64,000 bases of DNA from the human T2T-CHM13v2.0 reference genome, Homo sapiens, in the NCBI RefSeq assembly GCF_009914755.1, contig NC_060927.1; one strand, given 5' to 3'. Position numbers and translations under genes: made by a program. Of this stretch, positions 11,501 to 23,394 are shown piece by piece. Every line of letters starts with the position of its first letter. Position 1 is the stretch's first letter. Below the pieces are notes generated by a model. It was not told the origin of the DNA, made no database searches, and saw only the letters and a list, made by a program, of their open reading frames with translations.

Positions 11501-14500
11501 AAGAAATCCCGTTTCCAACGAAGGCCTCAAATACATCCAAATATCCAGTTGCTGACTTTACAAACTGAGTGTTTCCAAACTGCTCTATGAAAAGAAAGGT
11601 TAAACACTGTGAGTTGAACACACACGTACCAAAGTAGTTTCTGAGAATGATTCTGTCTAGTTTGCATACGAAGATATTTCCTTTTCTACCATTGGCCTCA
11701 AAGCTTTGAAATCTCCACTTGCAAATTCCACAAAAAGAGAGTTTCAACTCTGCTGTTTCTAAAGGAAAGTTCAACTCTGAGAGTTGAATACACACCAGAA
11801 AAAGCAGTTACTGAGAAGTCTTCTGTCTAGCATTATATGAAGAAATCCCATTTCCAACGAAGACTTCAAAGAGGTCCAAATATCCACTTGCAGATTCTGC
11901 AAAAAGAGTGTTTCGAAACAACTGTATGAAAAGAAAGGTTAAACACTGTGAGTTGAACGCACACATTGCAAAGCAGTTTCTGAGAATGATTCCGTCTAAT
12001 TATTATACGAAGGTATTTCCTTTTCTATCATTGGCCTCAAAGCGCTTGATACCTCCACCTGAAAATTCCACAAAAAGAGTGTTTCCAATCTACTCTGTCT
12101 AAAGGAACGTTCAACTCTGTGAGTTGAATACACACACACAGAAAGAATTCACTGAGAATTCTTCTGTCTGGCATTACATGAAGAAATCCCGTTTCCAACG
12201 AAGGCCTCAAAGAGGTCCAAATATCCACTTGCAGATTCTGCAAAAAGAGTGTTTCAAAACCGCTCCATTAAAAGGAATGTTGAACTCTGTGAGTTGAATG
12301 CAAACATCACAACTCAGTTTCTGAGAATGCTTCTGACTAGATTTTATGGTAAGATATTTCCTTTTCCACCGTAGGCTTCAATGCCCTGTAAATACACCCT
12401 TGCAAATTCTACAAAGAGACTGCTTCATAACTGCTCTATAGGAGGAAAGGTTCAACTCTGTGAGTTGAATGCAGAGATCACAACGTGGTTTCTGCGAATG
12501 ATTCTTTGTAGTTTTTACATGAAGATATTTCGTTGTCTACCGTAGGCTTCAAAGCACTCAAAGTATTCACTTGGAACTTTTACAAAAAGAGTGTTAGAAA
12601 ACTGCTCTTTCCAAAGTAAGGTTCAACTCTGTGAGTTGAATGCACACATAACAAACAAGAAGTTTCTGAGAATTCTTCTGTCCTGGTTTATATGAAGAAA
12701 TCCCGTTTCCAACGAAGGCCTCAAAGACGTTTAAATATCCACTTGCAGACTTCACAAACAGAGTGTTTCCAAACTGCTCTATGAAAAGAAAGGGTAAACA
12801 CTGTGAGTTGAACGCACACATCACAAAGTAGTTTCTGAGAATGATACTGTCTAGTTTTTATACGAAGATATTTCCTTTTGTACCATTGGCCTCATACTGC
12901 TAGAATTTTCCACTTGCAAATTCCACAAAAAGAGTGTTTCCAATCCGCTCTGTCTAAAGGAAGGTTCAACTCTCTGATTTGAATACATACATCCCAAAAG
13001 AAGTTACTGAGAATTCTTCTGTCTAGCATTATGTGAAGAAATCCCGTTTCCAACGAAAGCCTCAAAGAGGCCCAAATATCCAGTTGCAGCATTTACAAAC
13101 TGACTGTTTCCAAACTCATCTATGAAAAGAAAGGTTAAACTCTGTGAGTTGAATGCACATATCACAAAGTAGTTCCTGAGAATGATTCTGTCTAGTTTTT
13201 ATACGAAGATATTTCCTTTTCCACCAATGGCCTCAAAGTGCTTGAAATCTCCCCTTGCAAATTCCACAGACAAGTGTCTCAAATCTGCACTGTCTAAAGG
13301 AAGGTTCAACCCTGTGAGTTGAATACACACACACAGAAAAAAATTCACTGAGAATTCTATTGTCTATCATTACACGAAGAAATCCCGTTTACTACGAAGG
13401 CCTCAAAGAGGTCCAAATATCCAGCTGCAGACATTACAAACTGAGTGTTTCCAAAGTGCTCTATGAAAAGAAGTGTTAAACACTGTGAGTTCAATGCACA
13501 CATCCCAAAGCAGTTTCTGAGAATGATTCCGTCTATTTTTTCTACGAAGATATTTCCTTTTCTACCGTTGGCCTCAAAGCGCTTGAAATCTCCACTTGCA
13601 AATTCCACAAAAAGAGAGTTTCAAATCTGCTCTGTCTAAAGGAAGGTTCAACTCTGTGAGTTGAATACACACCACAAAAAGAAGTTACTGAGAATTCTTC
13701 TGTCTAGCATTATATGAAAAATCCCGTTTCCAACGAAGGCCACAAAGAGGTCCAAATATCCACTTGCAGATTCTGCAAAAAGAGTGTTTCCAAACTGCTC
13801 TATGAAAAGAAACGTTAAACTCTGTGAGTTGAACGCAAACATCACAAAGTAGTTTCTGAGAATGACTCCGTCTAGTTTTTATACGAAGATATTTCCTTTT
13901 CTACCATTCACTTCAAAGCGCTTGAAGTCTCCCCCTGAAAATTCCACAAAAAGTGTTTCCAATCTGCTCCGCCTAAAGGAAGCTTCAACTCTGTGAGTTG
14001 AATACCCACAACCCAAAGAAGTTACTGAGAATTCTTCTGTCTAGCACTATATGAAGAAATCCCGTTTCCAACGAAGGCCTCAAATACATCCAAATATCCA
14101 GTTGCTGACTTTACAAACTGAGTGTTTCCAAACTGCTCTATGAAAAGAAAGGTTAAACACTGTGAGTTGAACACACACGTACCAAAGTAGTTTCTGAGAA
14201 TGATTCTGTCTAGTTTGCATACGAAGATATTTCCTTTTCTACCATTGGCCTCAAAGCTTTGAAATCTCCACTTGCAAATTCCACAAAAAGAGAGTTTCAA
14301 CTCTGCTGTTTCTAAAGGAAAGTTCAACTCTGAGAGTTGAATACACACCAGAAAAAGCAGTTACTGAGAAGTCTTCTGTCTAGCATTATATGAAGAAATC
14401 CCATTTCCAACGAAGACTTCAAAGAGGTCCAAATATCCACTTGCAGATTCTGCAAAAAGAGTGTTTCGAAACAACTGTATGAAAAGAAAGGTTAAACACT

Positions 14501-15396
14501 GTGAGTTGAACGCACACATTGCAAAGCAGTTTCTGAGAATGATTCCGTCTAATTATTATACGAAGGTATTTCCTTTTCTATCATTGGCCTCAAAGCGCTT
14601 GATACCTCCACCTGAAAATTCCACAAAAAGAGTGTTTCCAATCTACTCTGTCTAAAGGAACGTTCAACTCTGTGAGTTGAATACACACACACAGAAAGAA
14701 TTCACTGAGAATTCTTCTGTCTGGCATTACATGAAGAAATCCCGTTTCCAACGAAGGCCTCAAAGAGGTCCAAATATCCACTTGCAGATTCTGCAAAAAG
14801 AGTGTTTCAAAACCGCTCCATTAAAAGGAATGTTGAACTCTGTGAGTTGAATGCAAACATCACAACTCAGTTTCTGAGAATGCTTCTGACTAGATTTTAT
14901 GGTAAGATATTTCCTTTTCCACCGTAGGCTTCAATGCCCTGTAAATACACCCTTGCAAATTCTACAAAGAGACTGCTTCATAACTGCTCTATAGGAGGAA
15001 AGGTTCAACTCTGTGAGTTGAATGCAGAGATCACAACGTGGTTTCTGCGAATGATTCTTTGTAGTTTTTACATGAAGATATTTCGTTGTCTACCGTAGGC
15101 TTCAAAGCACTCAAAGTATTCACTTGGAACTTTTACAAAAAGAGTGTTAGAAAACTGCTCTTTCCAAGGTAAGGTTCAACTCTGTGAGTTGAATGCACAC
15201 ATAACAAACAAGAAGTTTCTGAGAATTCTTCTGTCCTGGTTTATATGAAGAAATCACGTTTCCAACGAAGGCCTCAAAGACGTTTAAATATCCACTTGCA
15301 GACTTCACAAACAGAGTGTTTCCAAACTGCTCTATGAAAAGAAAGGGTAAACACTGTGAGTTGAACGCACACATCACAAAGTAGTTTCTGAGAATG

Positions 15397-15735
15397 ATAC
15401 TGTCTAGTTTTTATACGAAGATATTTCCTTTTGTACCATTGGCCTCATACTGCTAGAATTTTCCACTTGCAAATTCCACAAAAAGAGTGTTTCCAATCTG
15501 CTCTGTCTAAAGGAAGGTTCAACTCTGTGAGTTGAGTACACACACACAAAGAAGCTACTGAGAATTCTTTTGTCAAGAATTATAAGAAGAAATCCCGTTT
15601 CCAACCAAGGCCTCAAAGAGTTCCAAATATCCACTTGCACACTGCACAAACTAAGTCTTTCCAAACTGCTCTATGCAAAGAAATGTTCAACTCTGTGAGT
15701 TTAATACACACATCACAAAGCAGTTTCTGAGAATG
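15397..15735. repeat. Optional 339-bp dimer distinguishing 17-mer from 15-mer (representative copy)
   Basis: Contains GAGTTGAGTACACACACACAAAGAAGCTACTGAG, GTCAAGAATTATAAG and CACACTGCACAAACTAAGTC, absent from 15-mers. Other copies start at 25948, 28840, 31732, 34624, 37516, 40408, 43300, 46195, 49087, 51982, 54874, 60319, 63211. Confidence 0.95.
15593..15609 (-). promoter_or_regulatory. CENP-B box, degenerate (core TTCG changed to TTGG), in the optional dimer
   Basis: + strand TCCCGTTTCCAACCAAG = CTTGGTTGGAAACGGGA on -; same in every optional dimer examined. Confidence 0.88.
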
Positions 15736-18700
15736 ATACTGTCTAGTTTTTATACGAAGATATTTCCTTTTGTACCATTGGCCTCATACTGCTAGAATTT
15801 TCCACTTGCAAATTCCACAAAAAGAGTGTTTCCAATCCGCTCTGTCTAAAGGAAGGTTCAACTCTCTGATTTGAATACATACATCCCAAAAGAAGTTACT
15901 GAGAATTCTTCTGTCTAGCATTATGTGAAGAAATCCCGTTTCCAACGAAAGCCTCAAAGAGGCCCAAATATCCAGTTGCAGAATTTACAAACTGACTGTT
16001 TCCAAACTCATCTATGAAAAGAAAGGTTAAACTCTGTGAGTTGAATGCGCATATCACAAAGTAGTTCCTGAGAATGATTCTGTCTAGTTTTTATACGAAG
16101 ATATTTCCTTTTCCACCAATGGCCTCAGAGTGCTTGAAATCTCCCCTTGCAAATTCCACAGACAAGTGTTTCAAATCTGCACTGTCTAAAGGAAGGTTCA
16201 ACCCTGTGAGTTGAATACACACACAGAGAAAAAAATTCACTGAGAATTCTATTGTCTATCATTACACGAAGAAATCCCGTTTACTACGAAGGCCTCAAAG
16301 AGGTCCAAATATCCAGCTGCAGACATTACAAACTGAGTGTTTCCAAAGTGCTCTATGAAAAGAAGTGTTAAACACTGTGAGTTCAATGCACACATCCCAA
16401 AGCAGTTTCTGAGAATGATTCCGTCTATTTTTTCTACGAAGATATTTCCTTTTCTGCCGTTGGCCTCAAAGCGCTTGAAATCTCCACTTGCAAATTCCAC
16501 AAAAAGAGAGTTTCAAATCTGCTCTGTCTAAAGGAAGGTTCAACTCTGTGAGTTGAATACACACCACAAAAAGAAGTTACTGAGAATTCTTCTGTCTAGC
16601 ATTATATGAAAAATCCCGTTTCCAACGAAGGCCACAAAGAGGTCCAAATATCCACTTGCAGATTCTGCAAAAAGAGTGTTTCCAAACTGCTCTATGAAAA
16701 GAAACGTTAAACTCTGTGAGTTGAACGCAAACATCACAAAGTAGTTTCTGAGAATGACTCCGTCTAGTTTTTATACGAAGATATTTCCTTTTCTACCATT
16801 CACTTCAAAGCGCTTGAAGTCTCCCCCTGAAAATTCCACAAAAAGTGTTTCCAATCTGCTCCGCCTAAAGGAAGCTTCAACTCTGTGAGTTGAATACCCA
16901 CAACCCAAAGAAGTTACTGAGAATTCTTCTGTCTAGCACTATATGAAGAAATCCCGTTTCCAACGAAGGCCTCAAATACATCCAAATATCCAGTTGCTGA
17001 CTTTACAAACTGAGTGTTTCCAAACTGCTCTATGAAAAGAAAGGTTAAACACTGTGAGTTGAACACACACGTACCAAAGTAGTTTCTGAGAATGATTCTG
17101 TCTAGTTTGCATACGAAGATATTTCCTTTTCTACCATTGGCCTCAAAGCTTTGAAATCTCCACTTGCAAATTCCACAAAAAGAGAGTTTCAACTCTGCTG
17201 TTTCTAAAGGAAAGTTCAACTCTGAGAGTTGAATACACACCAGAAAAAGCAGTTACTGAGAAGTCTTCTGTCTAGCATTATATGAAGAAATCCCATTTCC
17301 AACGAAGACTTCAAAGAGGTCCAAATATCCACTTGCAGATTCTGCAAAAAGAGTGTTTCGAAACAACTGTATGAAAAGAAAGGTTAAACACTGTGAGTTG
17401 AACGCACACATTGCAAAGCAGTTTCTGAGAATGATTCCGTCTAATTATTATACGAAGGTATTTCCTTTTCTATCATTGGCCTCAAAGCGCTTGATACCTC
17501 CACCTGAAAATTCCACAAAAAGAGTGTTTCCAATCTACTCTGTCTAAAGGAACGTTCAACTCTGTGAGTTGAATACACACACACAGAAAGAATTCACTGA
17601 GAATTCTTCTGTCTGGCATTACATGAAGAAATCCCGTTTCCAACGAAGGCCTCAAAGAGGTCCAAATATCCACTTGCAGATTCTGCAAAAAGAGTGTTTC
17701 AAAACCGCTCCATTAAAAGGAATGTTGAACTCTGTGAGTTGAATGCAAACATCACAACTCAGTTTCTGAGAATGCTTCTGACTAGATTTTATGGTAAGAT
17801 ATTTCCTTTTCTACCGTAGGCTTCAATGCCCTGTAAATACACCCTTGCAAATTCTACAAAGAGACTGCTTCATAACTGCTCTATAGGAGGAAAGGTTCAA
17901 CTCTGTGAGTTGAATGCAGAGATCACAACGTGGTTTCTGCGAATGATTCTTTGTAGTTTTTACATGAAGATATTTCGTTGTCTACCGTAGGCTTCAAAGC
18001 ACTCAAAGTATTCACTTGGAACTTTTACAAAAAGAGTGTTAGAAAACTGCTCTTTCCAAAGTAAGGTTCAACTCTGTGAGTTGAATGCACACATAACAAA
18101 CAAGAAGTTTCTGAGAATTCTTCTGTCCTGGTTTATAGGAAGAAATCCCGTTTCCAACGAAGGCCTCAAAGACGTTTAAATATCCACTTGCAGACTTCAC
18201 AAACAGAGTGTTTCCAAACTGCTCTATGAAAAGAAAGGGTAAACACTGTGAGTTGAACGCACACATCACAAAGTAGTTTCTGAGAATGATACTGTCTAGT
18301 TTTTATACGAAGATATTTCCTTTTGTACCATTGGCCTCATACTGCTAGAATTTTCCACTTGCAAATTCCACAAAAAGAGTGTTTCCAATCCGCTCTGTCT
18401 AAAGGAAGGTTCAACTCTCTGATTTGAATACATACATCCCAAAAGAAGTTACTGAGAATTCTTCTGTCTAGCATTATGTGAAGAAATCCCGTTTCCAACG
18501 AAAGCCTCAAAGAGGCCCAAATATCCAGTTGCAGAATTTACAAACTGACTGTTTCCAAACTCATCTATGAAAAGAAAGGTTAAACTCTGTGAGTTGAATG
18601 CACATATCACAAAGTAGTTCCTGATAATGATTCTGTCTAGTTTTTATACGAAGATATTTCCTTTTCCACCAATGGCCTCAAAGTGCTTGAAATCTCCCCT

Positions 18701-21700
18701 TGCAAATTCCACAGACAAGTGTCTCAAATCTGCACTGTCTAAAGGAAGGTTCAACCCTGTGAGTTGAATACACACACACAGAAAAAAATTCACTGAGAAT
18801 TCTATTGTCTATCATTACACGAAGAAATCCCGTTTACTACGAAGGCCTCAAAGAGGTCCAAATATCCAGCTGCAGACATTACAAACTGAGTGTTTCCAAA
18901 GTGCTCTATGAAAAGAAGTGTTAAACACTGTGAGTTCAATGCACACATCCCAAAGCAGTTTCTGAGAATGATTCCGTCTATTTTTTCTACGAAGATATTT
19001 CCTTTTCTACCGTTGGCCTCAAAGCGCTTGAAATCTCCACTTGCAAATTCCACAAAAAGAGAGTTTCAAATCTGCTCTGTCTAAAGGAAGGTTCAACTCT
19101 GTGAGTTGAATACACACCACAAAAAGAAGTTACTGAGAATTCTTCTGTCTAGCATTATATGAAAAATCCCGTTTCCAACGAAGGCCACAAAGAGGTCCAA
19201 ATATCCACTTGCAGATTCTGCAAAAAGAGTGTTTCCAAACTGCTCTATGAAAAGAAACGTTAAACTCTGTGAGTTGAACGCAAACATCACAAAGTAGTTT
19301 CTGAGAATGACTCCGTCTAGTTTTTATACGAAGATATTTCCTTTTCTACCATTCACTTCAAAGCGCTTGAAGTCTCCCCCTGAAAATTCCACAAAAAGTG
19401 TTTCCAATCTGCTCCGCCTAAAGGAAGCTTCAACTCTGTGAGTTGAATACCCACAACCCAAAGAAGTTACTGAGAATTCTTCTGTCTAGCACTATATGAA
19501 GAAATCCCGTTTCCAACGAAGGCCTCAAATACATCCAAATATCCAGTTGCTGACTTTACAAACTGAGTGTTTCCAAACTGCTCTATGAAAAGAAAGGTTA
19601 AACACTGTGAGTTGAACACACACGTACCAAAGTAGTTTCTGAGAATGATTCTGTCTAGTTTGCATACGAAGATATTTCCTTTTCTACCATTGGCCTCAAA
19701 GCTTTGAAATCTCCACTTGCAAATTCCACAAAAAGAGAGTTTCAACTCTGCTGTTTCTAAAGGAAAGTTCAACTCTGAGAGTTGAATACACACCAGAAAA
19801 AGCAGTTACTGAGAAGTCTTCTGTCTAGCATTATATGAAGAAATCCCATTTCCAACGAAGACTTCAAAGAGGTCCAAATATCCACTTGCAGATTCTGCAA
19901 AAAGAGTGTTTCGAAACAACTGTATGAAAAGAAAGGTTAAACACTGTGAGTTGAACGCACACATTGCAAAGCAGTTTCTGAGAATGATTCCGTCTAATTA
20001 TTATACGAAGGTATTTCCTTTTCTATCATTGGCCTCAAAGCGCTTGATACCTCCACCTGAAAATTCCACAAAAAGAGTGTTTCCAATCTACTCTGTCTAA
20101 AGGAACGTTCAACTCTGTGAGTTGAATACACACACACAGAAAGAATTCACTGAGAATTCTTCTGTCTGGCATTACATGAAGAAATCCCGTTTCCAACGAA
20201 GGCCTCAAAGAGGTCCAAATATCCACTTGCAGATTCTGCAAAAAGAGTGTTTCAAAACCGCTCCATTAAAAGGAATGTTGAACTCTGTGAGTTGAATGCA
20301 AACATCACAACTCAGTTTCTGAGAATGCTTCTGACTAGATTTTATGGTAAGATATTTCCTTTTCCACCGTAGGCTTCAATGCCCTGTAAATACACCCTTG
20401 CAAATTCTACAAAGAGACTGCTTCATAACTGCTCTATAGGAGGAAAGGTTCAACTCTGTGAGTTGAATGCAGAGATCACAACGTGGTTTCTGCGAATGAT
20501 TCTTTGTAGTTTTTACATGAAGATATTTCGTTGTCTACCGTAGGCTTCAAAGCACTCAAAGTATTCACTTGGAACTTTTACAAAAAGAGTGTTAGAAAAC
20601 TGCTCTTTCCAAAGTAAGGTTCAACTCTGTGAGTTGAATGCACACATAACAAACAAGAAGTTTCTGAGAATTCTTCTGTCCTGGTTTATATGAAGAAATC
20701 CCGTTTCCAACGAAGGCCTCAAAGACGTTTAAATATCCACTTGCAGACTTCACAAACAGAGTGTTTCCAAACTGCTCTATGAAAAGAAAGGGTAAACACT
20801 GTGAGTTGAACGCACACATCACAAAGTAGTTTCTGAGAATGATACTGTCTAGTTTTTATACGAAGATATTTCCTTTTGTACCATTGGCCTCATACTGCTA
20901 GAATTTTCCACTTGCAAATTCCACAAAAAGAGTGTTTCCAATCCGCTCTGTCTAAAGGAAGGTTCAACTCTCTGATTTGAATACATACATCCCAAAAGAA
21001 GTTACTGAGAATTCTTCTGTCTAGCATTATGTGAAGAAATCCCGTTTCCAACGAAAGCCTCAAAGAGGCCCAAATATCCAGTTGCAGCATTTACAAACTG
21101 ACTGTTTCCAAACTCATCTATGAAAAGAAAGGTTAAACTCTGTGAGTTGAATGCACATATCACAAAGTAGTTCCTGAGAATGATTCTGTCTAGTTTTTAT
21201 ACGAAGATATTTCCTTTTCCACCAATGGCCTCAAAGTGCTTGAAATCTCCCCTTGCAAATTCCACAGACAAGTGTCTCAAATCTGCACTGTCTAAAGGAA
21301 GGTTCAACCCTGTGAGTTGAATACACACACACAGAAAAAAATTCACTGAGAATTCTATTGTCTATCATTACACGAAGAAATCCCGTTTACTACGAAGGCC
21401 TCAAAGAGGTCCAAATATCCAGCTGCAGACATTACAAACTGAGTGTTTCCAAAGTGCTCTATGAAAAGAAGTGTTAAACACTGTGAGTTCAATGCACACA
21501 TCCCAAAGCAGTTTCTGAGAATGATTCCGTCTATTTTTTCTACGAAGATATTTCCTTTTCTACCGTTGGCCTCAAAGCGCTTGAAATCTCCACTTGCAAA
21601 TTCCACAAAAAGAGAGTTTCAAATCTGCTCTGTCTAAAGGAAGGTTCAACTCTGTGAGTTGAATACACACCACAAAAAGAAGTTACTGAGAATTCTTCTG

Positions 21701-23394
21701 TCTAGCATTATATGAAAAATCCCGTTTCCAACGAAGGCCACAAAGAGGTCCAAATATCCACTTGCAGATTCTGCAAAAAGAGTGTTTCCAAACTGCTCTA
21801 TGAAAAGAAACGTTAAACTCTGTGAGTTGAACGCAAACATCACAAAGTAGTTTCTGAGAATGACTCCGTCTAGTTTTTATACGAAGATATTTCCTTTTCT
21901 ACCATTCACTTCAAAGCGCTTGAAGTCTCCCCCTGAAAATTCCACAAAAAGTGTTTCCAATCTGCTCCGCCTAAAGGAAGCTTCAACTCTGTGAGTTGAA
22001 TACCCACAACCCAAAGAAGTTACTGAGAATTCTTCTGTCTAGCACTATATGAAGAAATCCCGTTTCCAACGAAGGCCTCAAATACATCCAAATATCCAGT
22101 TGCTGACTTTACAAACTGAGTGTTTCCAAACTGCTCTATGAAAAGAAAGGTTAAACACTGTGAGTTGAACACACACGTACCAAAGTAGTTTCTGAGAATG
22201 ATTCTGTCTAGTTTGCATACGAAGATATTTCCTTTTCTACCATTGGCCTCAAAGCTTTGAAATCTCCACTTGCAAATTCCACAAAAAGAGAGTTTCAACT
22301 CTGCTGTTTCTAAAGGAAAGTTCAACTCTGAGAGTTGAATACACACCAGAAAAAGCAGTTACTGAGAAGTCTTCTGTCTAGCATTATATGAAGAAATCCC
22401 ATTTCCAACGAAGACTTCAAAGAGGTCCAAATATCCACTTGCAGATTCTGCAAAAAGAGTGTTTCGAAACAACTGTATGAAAAGAAAGGTTAAACACTGT
22501 GAGTTGAACGCACACATTGCAAAGCAGTTTCTGAGAATGATTCCGTCTAATTATTATATGAAGGTATTTCCTTTTCTATCATTGGCCTCAAAGCGCTTGA
22601 TACCTCCACCTGAAAATTCCACAAAAAGAGTGTTTCCAATCTACTCTGTCTAAAGGAACGTTCAACTCTGTGAGTTGAATACACACACACAGAAAGAATT
22701 CACTGAGAATTCTTCTGTCTGGCATTACATGAAGAAATCCCGTTTCCAACGAAGGCCTCAAAGAGGTCCAAATATCCACTTGCAGATTCTGCAAAAAGAG
22801 TGTTTCAAAACCGCTCCATTAAAAGGAATGTTGAACTCTGTGAGTTGAATGCAAACATCACAACTCAGTTTCTGAGAATGCTTCTGACTAGATTTTATGG
22901 TAAGATATTTCCTTTTCTACCGTAGGCTTCAATGCCCTGTAAATACACCCTTGCAAATTCTACAAAGAGACTGCTTCATAACTGCTCTATAGGAGGAAAG
23001 GTTCAACTCTGTGAGTTGAATGCAGAGATCACAACGTGGTTTCTGCGAATGATTCTTTGTAGTTTTTACATGAAGATATTTCGTTGTCTACCGTAGGCTT
23101 CAAAGCACTCAAAGTATTCACTTGGAACTTTTACAAAAAGAGTGTTAGAAAACTGCTCTTTCCAAAGTAAGGTTCAACTCTGTGAGTTGAATGCACACAT
23201 AACAAACAAGAAGTTTCTGAGAATTCTTCTGTCCTGGTTTATATGAAGAAATCCCGTTTCCAACGAAGGCCTCAAAGACGTTTAAATATCCACTTGCAGA
23301 CTTCACAAACAGAGTGTTTCCAAACTGCTCTATGAAAAGAAAGGGTAAACACTGTGAGTTGAACGCACACATCACAAAGTAGTTTCTGAGAATG
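15736..23394. repeat. Three tandem 15-mer HOR copies (U7-U9)
   Basis: Marker ORF at 16249, 18802, 21355, 23908: steps of 2553. Confidence 0.96.

Larger units (their letters stand above)
79..12843. repeat. Five tandem 15-mer HOR copies (U1-U5, 2553 bp each)
   Basis: Marker ORF at 592, 3145, 5698, 8251, 10804, 13357 gives five steps of 2553. I count 15 monomers in U1, starting at about 79, 251, 420, 592, 761, 932, 1100, 1269, 1438, 1609, 1777, 1949, 2118, 2289 and 2463. Confidence 0.96.
12844..15735. repeat. Single 17-mer HOR copy (U6, 2892 bp) inside the 15-mer block
   Basis: Marker step 13357 to 16249 = 2892; extra dimer present at 15397-15735. Confidence 0.96.
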
